A DNA stretch of 63,079 nt from NCBI GenBank assembly GCA_028700185.1, contig JAQVTF010000001.1, positions 1-63,079 of the forward strand. Reading direction: 5' to 3'. Each line of letters opens with the position of its first letter. The stretch's first letter is position 1. The translations under genes were made by a program, and so were the position numbers. Below, in pieces: positions 37,652-49,261 of this stretch. The notes under the pieces are model-generated. The model did not search any database. It was not told the origin of the DNA and saw only the letters and a program-made list of their open reading frames with translations. The DNA is from Desulfobacteraceae bacterium (lineage in GTDB: Bacteria; Desulfobacterota; Desulfobacteria; Desulfobacterales; UBA2174).

Positions 37652-38433
37652 TACTTCAGCCCTCCTTTAGCCTTGAGCATTTCCAGCAGTTTGGCGATGA
37701 TCTCTTCGGTGGAGCCTTCCAGCATCTCGGCCCCCTCACCCATTTCGGGCACGAAGTAGTCCAGACGCTTGACCTTGGGGGCCAACGCGGCTGCATCCAC
37801 GCCGAGGTCTCCGGCGCCCATGGTGGGGATCTCCACCGAGGCCACCTTGCGAATCCCGCGAATGCCCACGTAACGCGGCTCATTGATGCCGGTCTGGATC
37901 GACAGCACGCAGGGCAGTTCGATTTCGCTGATCTCCTGGTTGCCGCCCTCGATCTCGCGGCCGATCTTCAGCTTCTTGTCGTCGCCGGTCTCGATCTTGT
38001 TCACCACGGAAGCGAAGGGATAGTCGAGCATGGCGGCCAGCATGCCGCCGACCTGGCCGGCCCCGTCGTCGGCAAGGGCGCCGGTGAGAATCAGGTCGTA
38101 GTTGCCCTTTTCCACCGCCGCCTTGAGGATGGTGGCGATGCCCCGGCCATCGGTTTCCGCAAAGGCGTCGTCGGACAGCAGCAAGCCGTTGTTGGCGCCC
38201 ATGGCCATCTCGCGCCGCAGCACCTCTTCGGACTCGTCATCGCCAACGGTGACCACCGTCACGCTGCCCCCGACCCGGTCCACGATCTGAATGGCTTCTT
38301 CCACCGCATAGTTGTCCCATTCATTGACCGAATAGACCAGATCGTCTCTCTCGATGTCATTGCCCGCGCTGTTGAGGGCGATCTCGTTTTCCGAGGTGTC
38401 GGGCACCCGCTTGATACAAACCAAAATCTCCAT
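37651..38433 (-). CDS. etfB: Electron transfer flavoprotein beta subunit
   Basis: The ORF is 260 aa, starting MEILVCIKRVPDTSE... Its stop overlaps the etfA start (TAATG). Confidence 0.9.
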   Translation of the reverse strand: MEILVCIKRVPDTSENEIALNSAGNDIERDDLVYSVNEWDNYAVEEAIQIVDRVGGSVTVVTVGDDESEEVLRREMAMGANNGLLLSDDAFAETDGRGIATILKAAVEKGNYDLILTGALADDGAGQVGGMLAAMLDYPFASVVNKIETGDDKKLKIGREIEGGNQEISEIELPCVLSIQTGINEPRYVGIRGIRKVASVEIPTMGAGDLGVDAAALAPKVKRLDYFVPEMGEGAEMLEGSTEEIIAKLLEMLKAKGGLK

Positions 38434-38476
38434 GATTTTCCTCCCGCGAGTTGGGTTTTTCTGCTCCCGGTTAAAA

Positions 38477-38532
38477 GTTATCGGTTATCGGTTATCAGTT
38501 ATCAGTTGTCGGTTATCCGTTGTCGAGTATCA
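38477..38532. repeat. Eight tandem heptamers (GTTATCG consensus on the plus strand, CGAUAAC on the etfB mRNA strand), ~43 nt upstream of the etfB start
   Basis: The array reads GTTATCG GTTATCG GTTATCA GTTATCA GTTGTCG GTTATCC GTTGTCG AGTATCA. Confidence 0.85.
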
Positions 38533-38574
38533 TTCATGCCTTGAAGGTTTCCTGAAACAAAACCGCCGCAAGGC

Positions 38575-38787
38575 CTCACTTCAGTCACCAATACCTTCCT
38601 TCACTTCAACCGCCTGCAATTTTAGTCATTTTACGCACTCGCAACTTCAGTCACTTGAAACTTTAGTCACTCGCAACTTTAGTCACTCGTAACTTTAGTC
38701 ACTCGTAACTTTAGTCACTTTAGTCACTTTAGTCACTCGTAACTTTAGTCACTTTAGTCACTTTATTCACTCGTAACTTCAACCCCT
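38575..38787. repeat. Minisatellite of 9-bp (ACTTTAGTC) and 7-bp (ACTCGTA) modules
   Basis: From 38660 the pattern is AB AB AB A A AB A A A'B. Degenerate copies (CTTCAGTCAC, TTTAGTCAT) occur further upstream. The array fills the spacer between the FeS oxidoreductase stop and the etfB leader. Confidence 0.85.
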
Positions 38788-38794
38788 TCCCCCT

Positions 38795-40876
38795 CTACCG
38801 TTCAATATGCCGCTCCACCAGCTCCACCAGATCGATGGCCTCCATCTTGCCTTCCAGTCCGGCCACCTTGATGGCGTCCTCGATGTTGACGAGGCAGAAG
38901 GGGCAGGCGGTGACGATGACGTTGGCACCGGCATCGGCGGCCATCTTGACCCGGATCACCCCCATGCGCTGCTCCTCCTCGGGTTCGTAGAAGAGCATCA
39001 GGCCACCGCCACCGCAACAGAAACTGCGATCCCGGCTCCGGGTCATTTCCACCCGATGCAGGCCGGAAATGGCGTCCAGGACCTCCCGCGGCTCCTCGTA
39101 GAGGTTGTTGTGCCGGCCGAGGTAGCACGGATCGTGGTAGGTGTAAATCTTGCCCTCGGTGTCGATGGGCTTCAGGCGCAAACGGCCCTCCCGGATGCTG
39201 CGCAGGATGGTCTGGCTGATGTGCTCGGTGGGCGGAATGTCCTTGTAGTCCTTGAGCAGCGCGTTGAAGGCGTGGGGATCGGCGGTGACGATGCGCTTGG
39301 CGCCCGACTCCTGGATCATTTCGGTGTTGTGGGCGCGCAGGTCCTGAAACAGCATCTCTTCGCCGAAACGCCGCACCTCGTGGCCGCTGTCCTTTTCCTC
39401 CTTGCCGAGAATCGCGAAATCGATTCCGGCGGCGGAAAGCACCCGGGCCGTGGCCTGGGCGATCATCTGCATGCGGTCATCGTAGGAGGTGATGCTGTCG
39501 ACGAAGTAGAGGGTTTCGGCCGTGTCGCCGGCTTCCACCAGCTTCACCTCGCAGTCGGCGGCAAACTCCTTGTTCTTGGCCCAGTCAGCCCGTTTCTTCT
39601 CCATCTTGCCCCAGGGATTGCCGCGCTTTTCCAGCGCGCTGAGGGGCTTCTGCAGGCTCTGGGGCACATTGCCGTCATCCACCATGCCGCGACGCAAATC
39701 GATGATCTTGTCGATGTATTCGATCCCCAGGGGACACTCCTGCTCACAGGCGCCGCAGGTGGTGCAGGACCAGATCTCCGCTTCGCTGAAAATGCCGCCG
39801 ATGAGCGGGGGCGCTTTGGTGATGGGCGCTCCGATGGGAAAGACCGGATAGCTCTTGAAAATCTGATCCCGGGCCTTGATGGTGATGAACCGCGGCGACA
39901 GGGGCCGGCCGGCGGCGTTGGCCGGGCAGTTGTCCGAGCAGCGTCCGCAGTCGGCGCAACTGTAGAAGTCGAGCATGTGCTTCCAGGTGAAATCCTCGAT
40001 GTTCTTGACGCCGAAAGACTCCAGGTCATCGAGCTTGTCGTCCGCCACCCCGTAGCGCACCGGTTTGACGTTGCCCTTGTCCAGGCGCATGAAGAAGACG
40101 TTGAAAATCGAGGTAACAACGTGAAAATGCTTGCCCAGCGGCAGAAAGCACAGGAAGAAGAAAAAGGTGAGGTCGTGGAGGTAGTAGGCCACCAGGTGGA
40201 GGGTTTGCAGGCTTTCCACGGGCGTGCTGGCCATCATCTGAGTGAAGATCCAGGCCAGGCTCATGGGAACGAGGAGTTCGGCGTGCATCCCTTTCTGATG
40301 AGCCGCGGCGGCCATGGAAGCGTCGAAAAGTGCCTCGGTGACCATCAGGGTGCCGATGAGCCCCAGAACGAAAACCGCCTCGGCGGTATGATCCTTGCCG
40401 TAGCGCGCCGGAACAGCGTAGCGGGCCGGCTTGAAGATACCCCGGCGCACCGCGGCGATCACCGCGACCGCAAACACCGCCGTGGCCATGATCTGGCGCA
40501 GAATGTCGTAAATGGTCCCGATCACGCCGCCGAATCCCGGGAAGACGAAACCGTCCACCATGCCGAGGATCACCATCTGCGACGAGCGGATGGACAGGGT
40601 GAGAAAACCGAAGAACAGGATGATGTGCAAAACACCGGCGAGCATGTAACGCGGATGGCGCCACTGCCCCAGCCAAATCTTCAGCACCTGCATCAAGCGC
40701 TCCGGAATCCGGTCGAAGCGACGGTCCGGAGCGGCCCTCACCAGGGGGGCCAGGCGCAGGGCGATCAGGTAGGTGAACACCGCCACACCGACCAACGGAA
40801 TCAAAAAGGAAAAAATCCAGGTCGGAATAAAGAAAAGCCAAGCCTTGGCGGGCGAAATCAGAACAGTTTCCATCAC
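38795..40876 (-). CDS. Membrane-bound FeS oxidoreductase (NarI/DsrM-like TM domain fused to an HdrD/DsrK-like CCG domain), a likely EtfAB:quinone oxidoreductase type
   Basis: The ORF is 693 aa. The N-terminal half has multiple hydrophobic helices. Cys motifs are CADCGRCSDNCP, CTTCGACEQECP, SFCCGGGG and TACPFC. Confidence 0.75.
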   Translation of the reverse strand: MMETVLISPAKAWLFFIPTWIFSFLIPLVGVAVFTYLIALRLAPLVRAAPDRRFDRIPERLMQVLKIWLGQWRHPRYMLAGVLHIILFFGFLTLSIRSSQMVILGMVDGFVFPGFGGVIGTIYDILRQIMATAVFAVAVIAAVRRGIFKPARYAVPARYGKDHTAEAVFVLGLIGTLMVTEALFDASMAAAAHQKGMHAELLVPMSLAWIFTQMMASTPVESLQTLHLVAYYLHDLTFFFFLCFLPLGKHFHVVTSIFNVFFMRLDKGNVKPVRYGVADDKLDDLESFGVKNIEDFTWKHMLDFYSCADCGRCSDNCPANAAGRPLSPRFITIKARDQIFKSYPVFPIGAPITKAPPLIGGIFSEAEIWSCTTCGACEQECPLGIEYIDKIIDLRRGMVDDGNVPQSLQKPLSALEKRGNPWGKMEKKRADWAKNKEFAADCEVKLVEAGDTAETLYFVDSITSYDDRMQMIAQATARVLSAAGIDFAILGKEEKDSGHEVRRFGEEMLFQDLRAHNTEMIQESGAKRIVTADPHAFNALLKDYKDIPPTEHISQTILRSIREGRLRLKPIDTEGKIYTYHDPCYLGRHNNLYEEPREVLDAISGLHRVEMTRSRDRSFCCGGGGLMLFYEPEEEQRMGVIRVKMAADAGANVIVTACPFCLVNIEDAIKVAGLEGKMEAIDLVELVERHIER

Positions 40877-41047
40877 TGATACCTCGTTGCCGTTTTCGTG
40901 AAAGCGACCCGGGCGCGTCGATTCAGCAAGCGCGGGAATGAAGCTTTGTTCAATACCGGTTTGACCGGGGGGCGGTCAAGGGGAAATTGCCTGAGCGCCC
41001 GGCCGCCGTGGTGCATTCCCACGGCCGTCGGGCGCTCCATGGCTGGA

Positions 41048-42862
41048 TTATTTACCGCCGAAGGCCTCGTCGCTGATCTCGATGGCCGCCTCGCAGGTAT
41101 TGCGAATCGCCTCGATTTTGCCCAGGGTGGTGGGCAGGATCGACTGGACGAAGAAGTCCAGTTGCTTGAACTGGCCGTCGTAGAAATCCTGGTCCTTCTT
41201 CTTGGCCGTCTTGATCTTCTCGTCCGCCACCACGGCGCGCCACAGCAACATCCAGGCCATGACCACATCACCGCTGACTTCCATGAACGGATAGGCGTGG
41301 GCGAAAGCGGCCAGCACCTTGGGGCTCATGGCGGTGGCGCCCATGTGCATGGCGATCTCGCCGAGCTTGTTCAGTGCCTTTTCCACCTTTTCGGCCGCGG
41401 CCTGGAGGCTTTCCACCTTCTTGGCCTGGGCGATGACGGCCTGGATCTCGCCGAACAGGTCCATCACCGGCTTGCCCTTTTTCATGCCGAGCTTCCGGCC
41501 GAGCAGGTCCATGGCCTGGATCCCGTTGGTGCCCTCGTAGATCTGGGTGATGCGGCAGTCGCGCATCAGTTGCTCCTGGGGGTACTCGCGAATGTAGCCG
41601 TAACCACCGTAAACCTGCATGCCGAGGTTGCACAGGTCGAAGGCCCGGTCGGTGACATACCCCTTGGCGATGGGGGTGAGCACCTCGATGAGCCCCTGGT
41701 ACTTGTCCGCCATGGCTTCATCATCGGTGAGGTGCTTCATGTCCTCGCAGAATCCCACGTAGTAGAGCAGGCTGCGCATACCGCTGACGTAGGCTTTCAT
41801 CGTCAGCAACATCCGCCGCACATCCGGATGCTGGATGATGGGCACCGAAGGCGCGCTCTTGTCCATCATCTGGAGCAGATTCTTGCCCTGGAGCCGCTGG
41901 CGGGCGTAGTCCAGCGCGTTGAGATAGGATGCCGAGGAGCAGCAGAATCCCTGCATCCCCACCAGCAGACGCGCCTCGTTCATCATGAGGAACATGGCGC
42001 GCATCCCCTTGTTCTCTTCCCCGAGCAGCAGACCGCGGCACTTGCCCTTGCCGCCGAGGGTCAGCGAACAGGTGGAATTGCCGTGAATGCCCATTTTCTC
42101 TTCGATGCCGGTGCACACCACGTCGTTGGGCTCGCCCAGGGACCCGTCCGGGTTGACCCAGATCTTGGGCACGATGAACAGCGAGATGCCCTTGGTGCCG
42201 GCCGGCGCCCCTTCGATGCGGGCCAGCACCGGATGGATGATGTTTTCCACCAGGTCGTGTTCGCCGGAGGAGATGAAAATCTTGTTGCCGCTGATGCTGT
42301 AAGTGCCGTCTTCGTTTTTGACCGCCGTGGTTTCCAGGGCCCCCACGTCCGACCCGGCGCCGGGCTCGGTGAGCAGCATGGTGCCGGTCCACTTGCCGGT
42401 GAACATATTCTTGAGAAAAAGCTTCTTCTGTTCGTCGGTGCCGAAGGCTTCCACCAGTTTGCCGGCCCCGTGGGTGAGTCCCGGATACATCATGAAAGCG
42501 TAGTTGGCGCCGTTGAAGTAATCGGCGCAGGCCATGGCCACCGTGCGCGGCATCCCCTGCCCGCCCCATTGGGGGTCTTCGCTGGTGGCGAGCCATTCTC
42601 CCTCGCAAAACAGATCGTAGAGCCGGTGAAACGGCTCGGGCACCGTCACCTGCCCGTTTTCGAAACGGCAACCTTCCTCGTCGGCGATCTTCTGGGTGGG
42701 CAGGATCTCCTTGATGGCCAGGTTGCGGGCCTCGGAAACCACCAGATCGATGGTCTTGCGGTTGAATTCCTCGAATTTTTCGTTAGCGCTGAACTGCGCC
42801 ACGTCCAGTTGTTCATGGAGGACAAAATCCACATCCCTGCGATCCGCGATTTGTTGTGCCAT
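41048..42862 (-). CDS. Acyl-CoA dehydrogenase (long form, ~604 aa)
   Basis: The sequence starts MAQQIADRRDVDFVLHEQL..., with ..GWTGTMLLTEPGAGSDVG.. and ..RITQIYEGTNGIQAMDL... AGGGAG precedes the ATG at 42862. The track ORF starts 66 nt earlier. Confidence 0.85.
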   Translation of the reverse strand: MAQQIADRRDVDFVLHEQLDVAQFSANEKFEEFNRKTIDLVVSEARNLAIKEILPTQKIADEEGCRFENGQVTVPEPFHRLYDLFCEGEWLATSEDPQWGGQGMPRTVAMACADYFNGANYAFMMYPGLTHGAGKLVEAFGTDEQKKLFLKNMFTGKWTGTMLLTEPGAGSDVGALETTAVKNEDGTYSISGNKIFISSGEHDLVENIIHPVLARIEGAPAGTKGISLFIVPKIWVNPDGSLGEPNDVVCTGIEEKMGIHGNSTCSLTLGGKGKCRGLLLGEENKGMRAMFLMMNEARLLVGMQGFCCSSASYLNALDYARQRLQGKNLLQMMDKSAPSVPIIQHPDVRRMLLTMKAYVSGMRSLLYYVGFCEDMKHLTDDEAMADKYQGLIEVLTPIAKGYVTDRAFDLCNLGMQVYGGYGYIREYPQEQLMRDCRITQIYEGTNGIQAMDLLGRKLGMKKGKPVMDLFGEIQAVIAQAKKVESLQAAAEKVEKALNKLGEIAMHMGATAMSPKVLAAFAHAYPFMEVSGDVVMAWMLLWRAVVADEKIKTAKKKDQDFYDGQFKQLDFFVQSILPTTLGKIEAIRNTCEAAIEISDEAFGGK

Positions 42863-42908
42863 GTTAGACTCCCTAGTTTGAAAAAAGATGAATTGGAAAA
42901 TCAACACT

Positions 42909-42924
42909 TGCCGATGCCGTGCCC
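42909..42924 (-). promoter_or_regulatory. Weak sigma54-like -24/-12 element upstream of the acyl-CoA dehydrogenase gene
   Basis: The minus strand reads GGGCACGGCATCGGCA. The -24 element GGCACG is good. The -12 element retains only GCA. Confidence 0.25.
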
Positions 42925-42967
42925 GCAATCCGGACCGTCATCGACGGGTTGCCGCAAAAAACCGGGG

Positions 42968-43609
42968 TCAGTCGCCGACATCCATCTCCGGCCTGGGAGA
43001 GACTGCCGCGTCCGAAGCCACCCCGATGCCCCGGATAAAAAGGTCGACCAACGGATCGGCCATCGAGGACAGATCGTAGCGTCCGCCGGCATGGAGCCAG
43101 GTATTGATCACCTCATCGACGGCACCGATGATGAACCGCTTCACCAACCCCATGTAAAGATCCTTGCGCAGGGTGCCTTCCTGTTGCCCCAATTCGACGA
43201 TCTCGGCGACAATGTCCAGGTACATCTTGGACATCTCCTTGATCTGGGGCTCGGCCATGCGCTGGAACTGGTGGGTCCAGGCCTGGTAAACGGCCGCCAT
43301 GTGCACGTCGGCCTGAAATTCGGCCAGGTGGCTCCCCACGAGGGCCTTGAGCTTGCCCACCGCCCCGTCGGCCTCCTTCACCGCCTCGCGAAACCGGTTG
43401 AACACCAGCCGGGTGCGCTCGTTGAAGATATGGACCAGGATATCGTCCTTGTTCTTGAAGTACAGGTAGATGGTACCGTCGGCGACGCCGGCTTGACGCG
43501 CAATCTGGGCAATGGTCGCCTGGTGGAACCCCTGTTCGGCAAAAACCCTGACCGCGGCTTCCAGGATCCGATGAAATTTTTCATGGTTGCGCGGTTTACT
43601 GACGATAAT
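42968..43609 (-). CDS. TetR-family transcriptional regulator (apparent non-canonical start codon)
   Basis: The track ORF (145 aa) begins inside the protein. The same frame upstream encodes the HTH (KPRNHEKFHRILEAAVRVFAEQGFHQATIAQIARQAGVADGTIYLYFKNKDD). Between the upstream TAG and that region there is no ATG, GTG or TTG. AGGAGG is followed by TGC ATT ATC. Confidence 0.7.
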   Translation of the reverse strand: MIVSKPRNHEKFHRILEAAVRVFAEQGFHQATIAQIARQAGVADGTIYLYFKNKDDILVHIFNERTRLVFNRFREAVKEADGAVGKLKALVGSHLAEFQADVHMAAVYQAWTHQFQRMAEPQIKEMSKMYLDIVAEIVELGQQEGTLRKDLYMGLVKRFIIGAVDEVINTWLHAGGRYDLSSMADPLVDLFIRGIGVASDAAVSPRPEMDVGD

Positions 43610-43635
43610 GCACCTCCTGGTAGGCCTGACCTATC

Positions 43636-43657
43636 AATGAATGAACGCTCATTCATT
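43636..43657. promoter_or_regulatory. Candidate TetR operator: AATGAATGA-ACGC-TCATTCATT
   Basis: A perfect 9-bp inverted repeat lies 27-48 bp upstream of the tetR coding start. Confidence 0.5.
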
Positions 43658-44037
43658 ACCAACCCCTTCAATTCCTGTCAAGAGGAAACTACCAAGGTTT
43701 TCAATACCGGCTGAAAATTTTATAAGTGATAGATAAACCAGTAATTTAATTTTTTCGTGGGGCCACTTCGGCAATCGCCGAATCGAACTCAAGATGGAAA
43801 AACGACAGTGAATTGCAATTCATAATTCTTCATCGGTTTCCAACGCCGGGCCGGTGCGCCGGCGTCCCTGCCCGCCTTCCGTACCGATGGCCCCTTGCCA
43901 GAGATACCGCGGAAGGCTATGGTTTCTTGTGTTGGCTTCGTGCCGGCGGGATCTTCCCGCGACCATCTGAAACGGTAAAACCCCGCGCCGCCCGAAAAAA
44001 CAAGGCGGCATCAAGGATCATCAAGGATTAAACGCCC

Positions 44038-46563
<2,526 letters not shown>

Positions 46564-46696
46564 ACGCGCCGCCGGCCGGCCCGGGGCCTTTACAACCCCG
46601 CGTCTGGATGGTTATATAAACAGGAGTGTCCAATCAGAAGACGCGGGTCGACACCGGCCGAAGCGCCGTTCCACCGCTCAACGCCGGAGAAGAATC

Positions 46697-47011
46697 ATGA
46701 GCGCCGAGTTCGCCGATCCGGAAGTAATCGAGAAAAGCCGCACCGATGAGCAAACCGATGAACCACCCCTCTACAAGGTGCTGCTGCTCAACGATGACTA
46801 TACCACCATGGATTTCGTGGTCGAAGTGCTGCGCCACGTCTTCAACAAGCCCACCGCCGAGGCGACGCGGATCATGTTCAACGTGCATCGCCAGGGCGTC
46901 GGGGTCTGCGGCACCTACCCGCGGGAAGTCGCGGAAACCAAGGTAAACACCGTGCATACCCTGGCACGGGAGCACGGATTTCCCCTGCGTTGCACCATGG
47001 AGAAGGATTGA
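46697..47011 (+). CDS. clpS: ATP-dependent Clp protease adaptor ClpS
   Basis: The sequence is ..PPLYKVLLLNDDYTTMDFVVEVLRHVFNK..A..IM..VH..G. I place the start at ATG 46697. The track ORF is overextended. Confidence 0.9.
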   Translation: MSAEFADPEVIEKSRTDEQTDEPPLYKVLLLNDDYTTMDFVVEVLRHVFNKPTAEATRIMFNVHRQGVGVCGTYPREVAETKVNTVHTLAREHGFPLRCTMEKD

Positions 47012-47013
47012 CC

Positions 47014-49257
47014 ATGATCAGCAAGGAACTCAGCGCCACCCTCGGCTTCGCCGTGCGCGAAGCCAAGCGGCGCCGTCATGAATACGTCAGCATCGAGCAC
47101 GTCCTCTATGCCCTGCTACACGACGGCTCGGGGACCGAGATCATCACCCACTGTGGCGGTAGCGTGGACAGCCTCAAGAACCGTCTAGAACAATTTTTCG
47201 ATGAACGCATCGAACGCGTTCCCGAAGAAAACGAGTACGTCCTGCAACAAACCATCGGGTTCCAGCGGGTGATCCAGCGGGCTGTCAACCAGGCCCGGTC
47301 CGCGGAAAAACCCGAGGTGGCCGTGGGCGACATCCTGGCGTCCATCTTTCAGGAAAAGGACTCCCACGCGGAATATTTCCTGCGGCAGGAAGGCATCGAA
47401 CGCGTCGACGTACTCAACTTCATCTCCCACCACAGCCCATCGCCCCAGATGGCGCCCGGGCGGGGATCGGCCCGCGGCGGCGAGGCGGACGGCAAAAAAG
47501 GCAAGGCCGATCCCCTGGCCCAGTTCACCACCGACCTGGTGCAGATGGCCGCCGAGGGACGGCTCGATCCTTTGGTGGGCCGGGAGATGGAGCTGGAACG
47601 CACTTTGCAGGTGCTATGCCGTCGGCGCAAGAACAACCCGATCTTCGTGGGGGATCCGGGGGTCGGCAAGACGGCCATGGCCGAAGGACTGGCACGTTTG
47701 ATCCACGCCCAGCGGGTTCCCGATCTGCTGGCCGACATGCGCCTCTACGCCCTGGACATGGGCGGGCTGCTGGCCGGCACCAAGTTCCGCGGGGACTTCG
47801 AGCAGCGCCTCAAGGATGTCATCAACGCGCTGATCGAGAAGAAGAACGCCATCCTGTTCATCGACGAGATCCACACCATCGTGGGGGCCGGGGCCACCAG
47901 CAGCGGGTCCATGGACGCTTCCAACATCCTCAAGCCGGTGCTGGCCTCCGGGGAAATCCGCTGCATCGGGTCCACCACCTACGAGGAGTACAAGAACCAC
48001 TTCGAAAAGGACCGGGCCTTGTCACGGCGCTTCGAGAAGATCGAGATCGCCGAACCCTCGGTGGAAGAGGCCTACCAGATCCTCAAGGGACTGCGCACCC
48101 ACTACGAGGCCCACCACGGCATCGCCTACACCGACGCGGCCCTGCGGGCCGCCTGCGAGCTGTCGGCCAAGTTTATCAACGACCGGTTTCTGCCGGACAA
48201 GGCCATCGACGTCATCGACGAGACCGGGGCTTTCGTTCGCCTGTCCGGCGGGCATCGGCGGCGCAAGATCCATCCTTCGGACATCGAGAAGATCGTGGCC
48301 AAGATCGCCCGCATCCCCACGGTGAGCGTTTCGACCCCGGATCGCCTCAAGCTCGAAACCCTGGGAACCTCCCTCAGGGAGGTGGTCTTCGGCCAGGATG
48401 CGGCCATCGACGCCCTGGTCACCGCCATCCAGCGCAACCGCGCCGGGCTTGGCAGTCCGGAGCGGCCCATCGGGTCCTTCCTGTTCACCGGCCCCACCGG
48501 GGTGGGCAAGACCGAGGTGGCCCGCCAGGTGGCGCGGATCCTCGGCGTGCATTTCATGCGCTTCGATATGAGCGAATACATGGAGAAACACGCCGTGGCC
48601 AGACTCATCGGCGCACCTCCCGGCTACGTGGGCTTCGAACAGGGGGGGCTGCTCACCGACGGCATCCGCAAACACCCCTACACGGTGCTGCTGCTCGATG
48701 AGATCGAGAAGGCCCACGAGGATCTGTTCAATATCCTGTTGCAGGTGATGGACCACGCCACGTTGACCGACAACAACGGCAAACGGGCCGATTTTCGCAA
48801 CACGATCCTCATGATGACCTCCAACGCCGGGGCCCGTGAAATGAGCCAGGCCGCCATCGGCTTCGGGGACCGGTCCACCGACACCGTCGGCAAGGGCAAG
48901 CAGGCCATCGAGAAGCTCTTCAGCCCCGAGTTTCGCAACCGCCTGGACGAGACCATCAACTTCAATTCGCTCTCCATTCCCATCATGGAACGGATCGTGG
49001 ACAAGTTTCTCGCCGAGCTCAACGCCCAGCTCGCCGGACGCCAGGTGGCACTGGAAATCAGCGCGGGGGTCCGTTCCTGGCTGGCTCACAAGGGATTCGA
49101 TCCCGTGTACGGCGCCCGTCCCCTCGGCCGACTGATCCAGACCCACATCAAGGACGCCCTGAGCAACGAGATCCTTTTCGGCAGTCTGCAAAAGGGTGGA
49201 CGGGTAGCGGTGGATTTGAGCGAGGATCAACTGACCTTCGATTACGGAGAGAAATAG
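47014..49257 (+). CDS. clpA: ATP-dependent Clp protease ATP-binding subunit ClpA
   Basis: The sequence starts MISKELSATLGFAVREAKRRRHEYV. The two AAA+ Walker A motifs are GDPGVGKTA and GPTGVGKTE. Confidence 0.95.
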   Translation: MISKELSATLGFAVREAKRRRHEYVSIEHVLYALLHDGSGTEIITHCGGSVDSLKNRLEQFFDERIERVPEENEYVLQQTIGFQRVIQRAVNQARSAEKPEVAVGDILASIFQEKDSHAEYFLRQEGIERVDVLNFISHHSPSPQMAPGRGSARGGEADGKKGKADPLAQFTTDLVQMAAEGRLDPLVGREMELERTLQVLCRRRKNNPIFVGDPGVGKTAMAEGLARLIHAQRVPDLLADMRLYALDMGGLLAGTKFRGDFEQRLKDVINALIEKKNAILFIDEIHTIVGAGATSSGSMDASNILKPVLASGEIRCIGSTTYEEYKNHFEKDRALSRRFEKIEIAEPSVEEAYQILKGLRTHYEAHHGIAYTDAALRAACELSAKFINDRFLPDKAIDVIDETGAFVRLSGGHRRRKIHPSDIEKIVAKIARIPTVSVSTPDRLKLETLGTSLREVVFGQDAAIDALVTAIQRNRAGLGSPERPIGSFLFTGPTGVGKTEVARQVARILGVHFMRFDMSEYMEKHAVARLIGAPPGYVGFEQGGLLTDGIRKHPYTVLLLDEIEKAHEDLFNILLQVMDHATLTDNNGKRADFRNTILMMTSNAGAREMSQAAIGFGDRSTDTVGKGKQAIEKLFSPEFRNRLDETINFNSLSIPIMERIVDKFLAELNAQLAGRQVALEISAGVRSWLAHKGFDPVYGARPLGRLIQTHIKDALSNEILFGSLQKGGRVAVDLSEDQLTFDYGEK

Positions 49258-49261
49258 GGGA

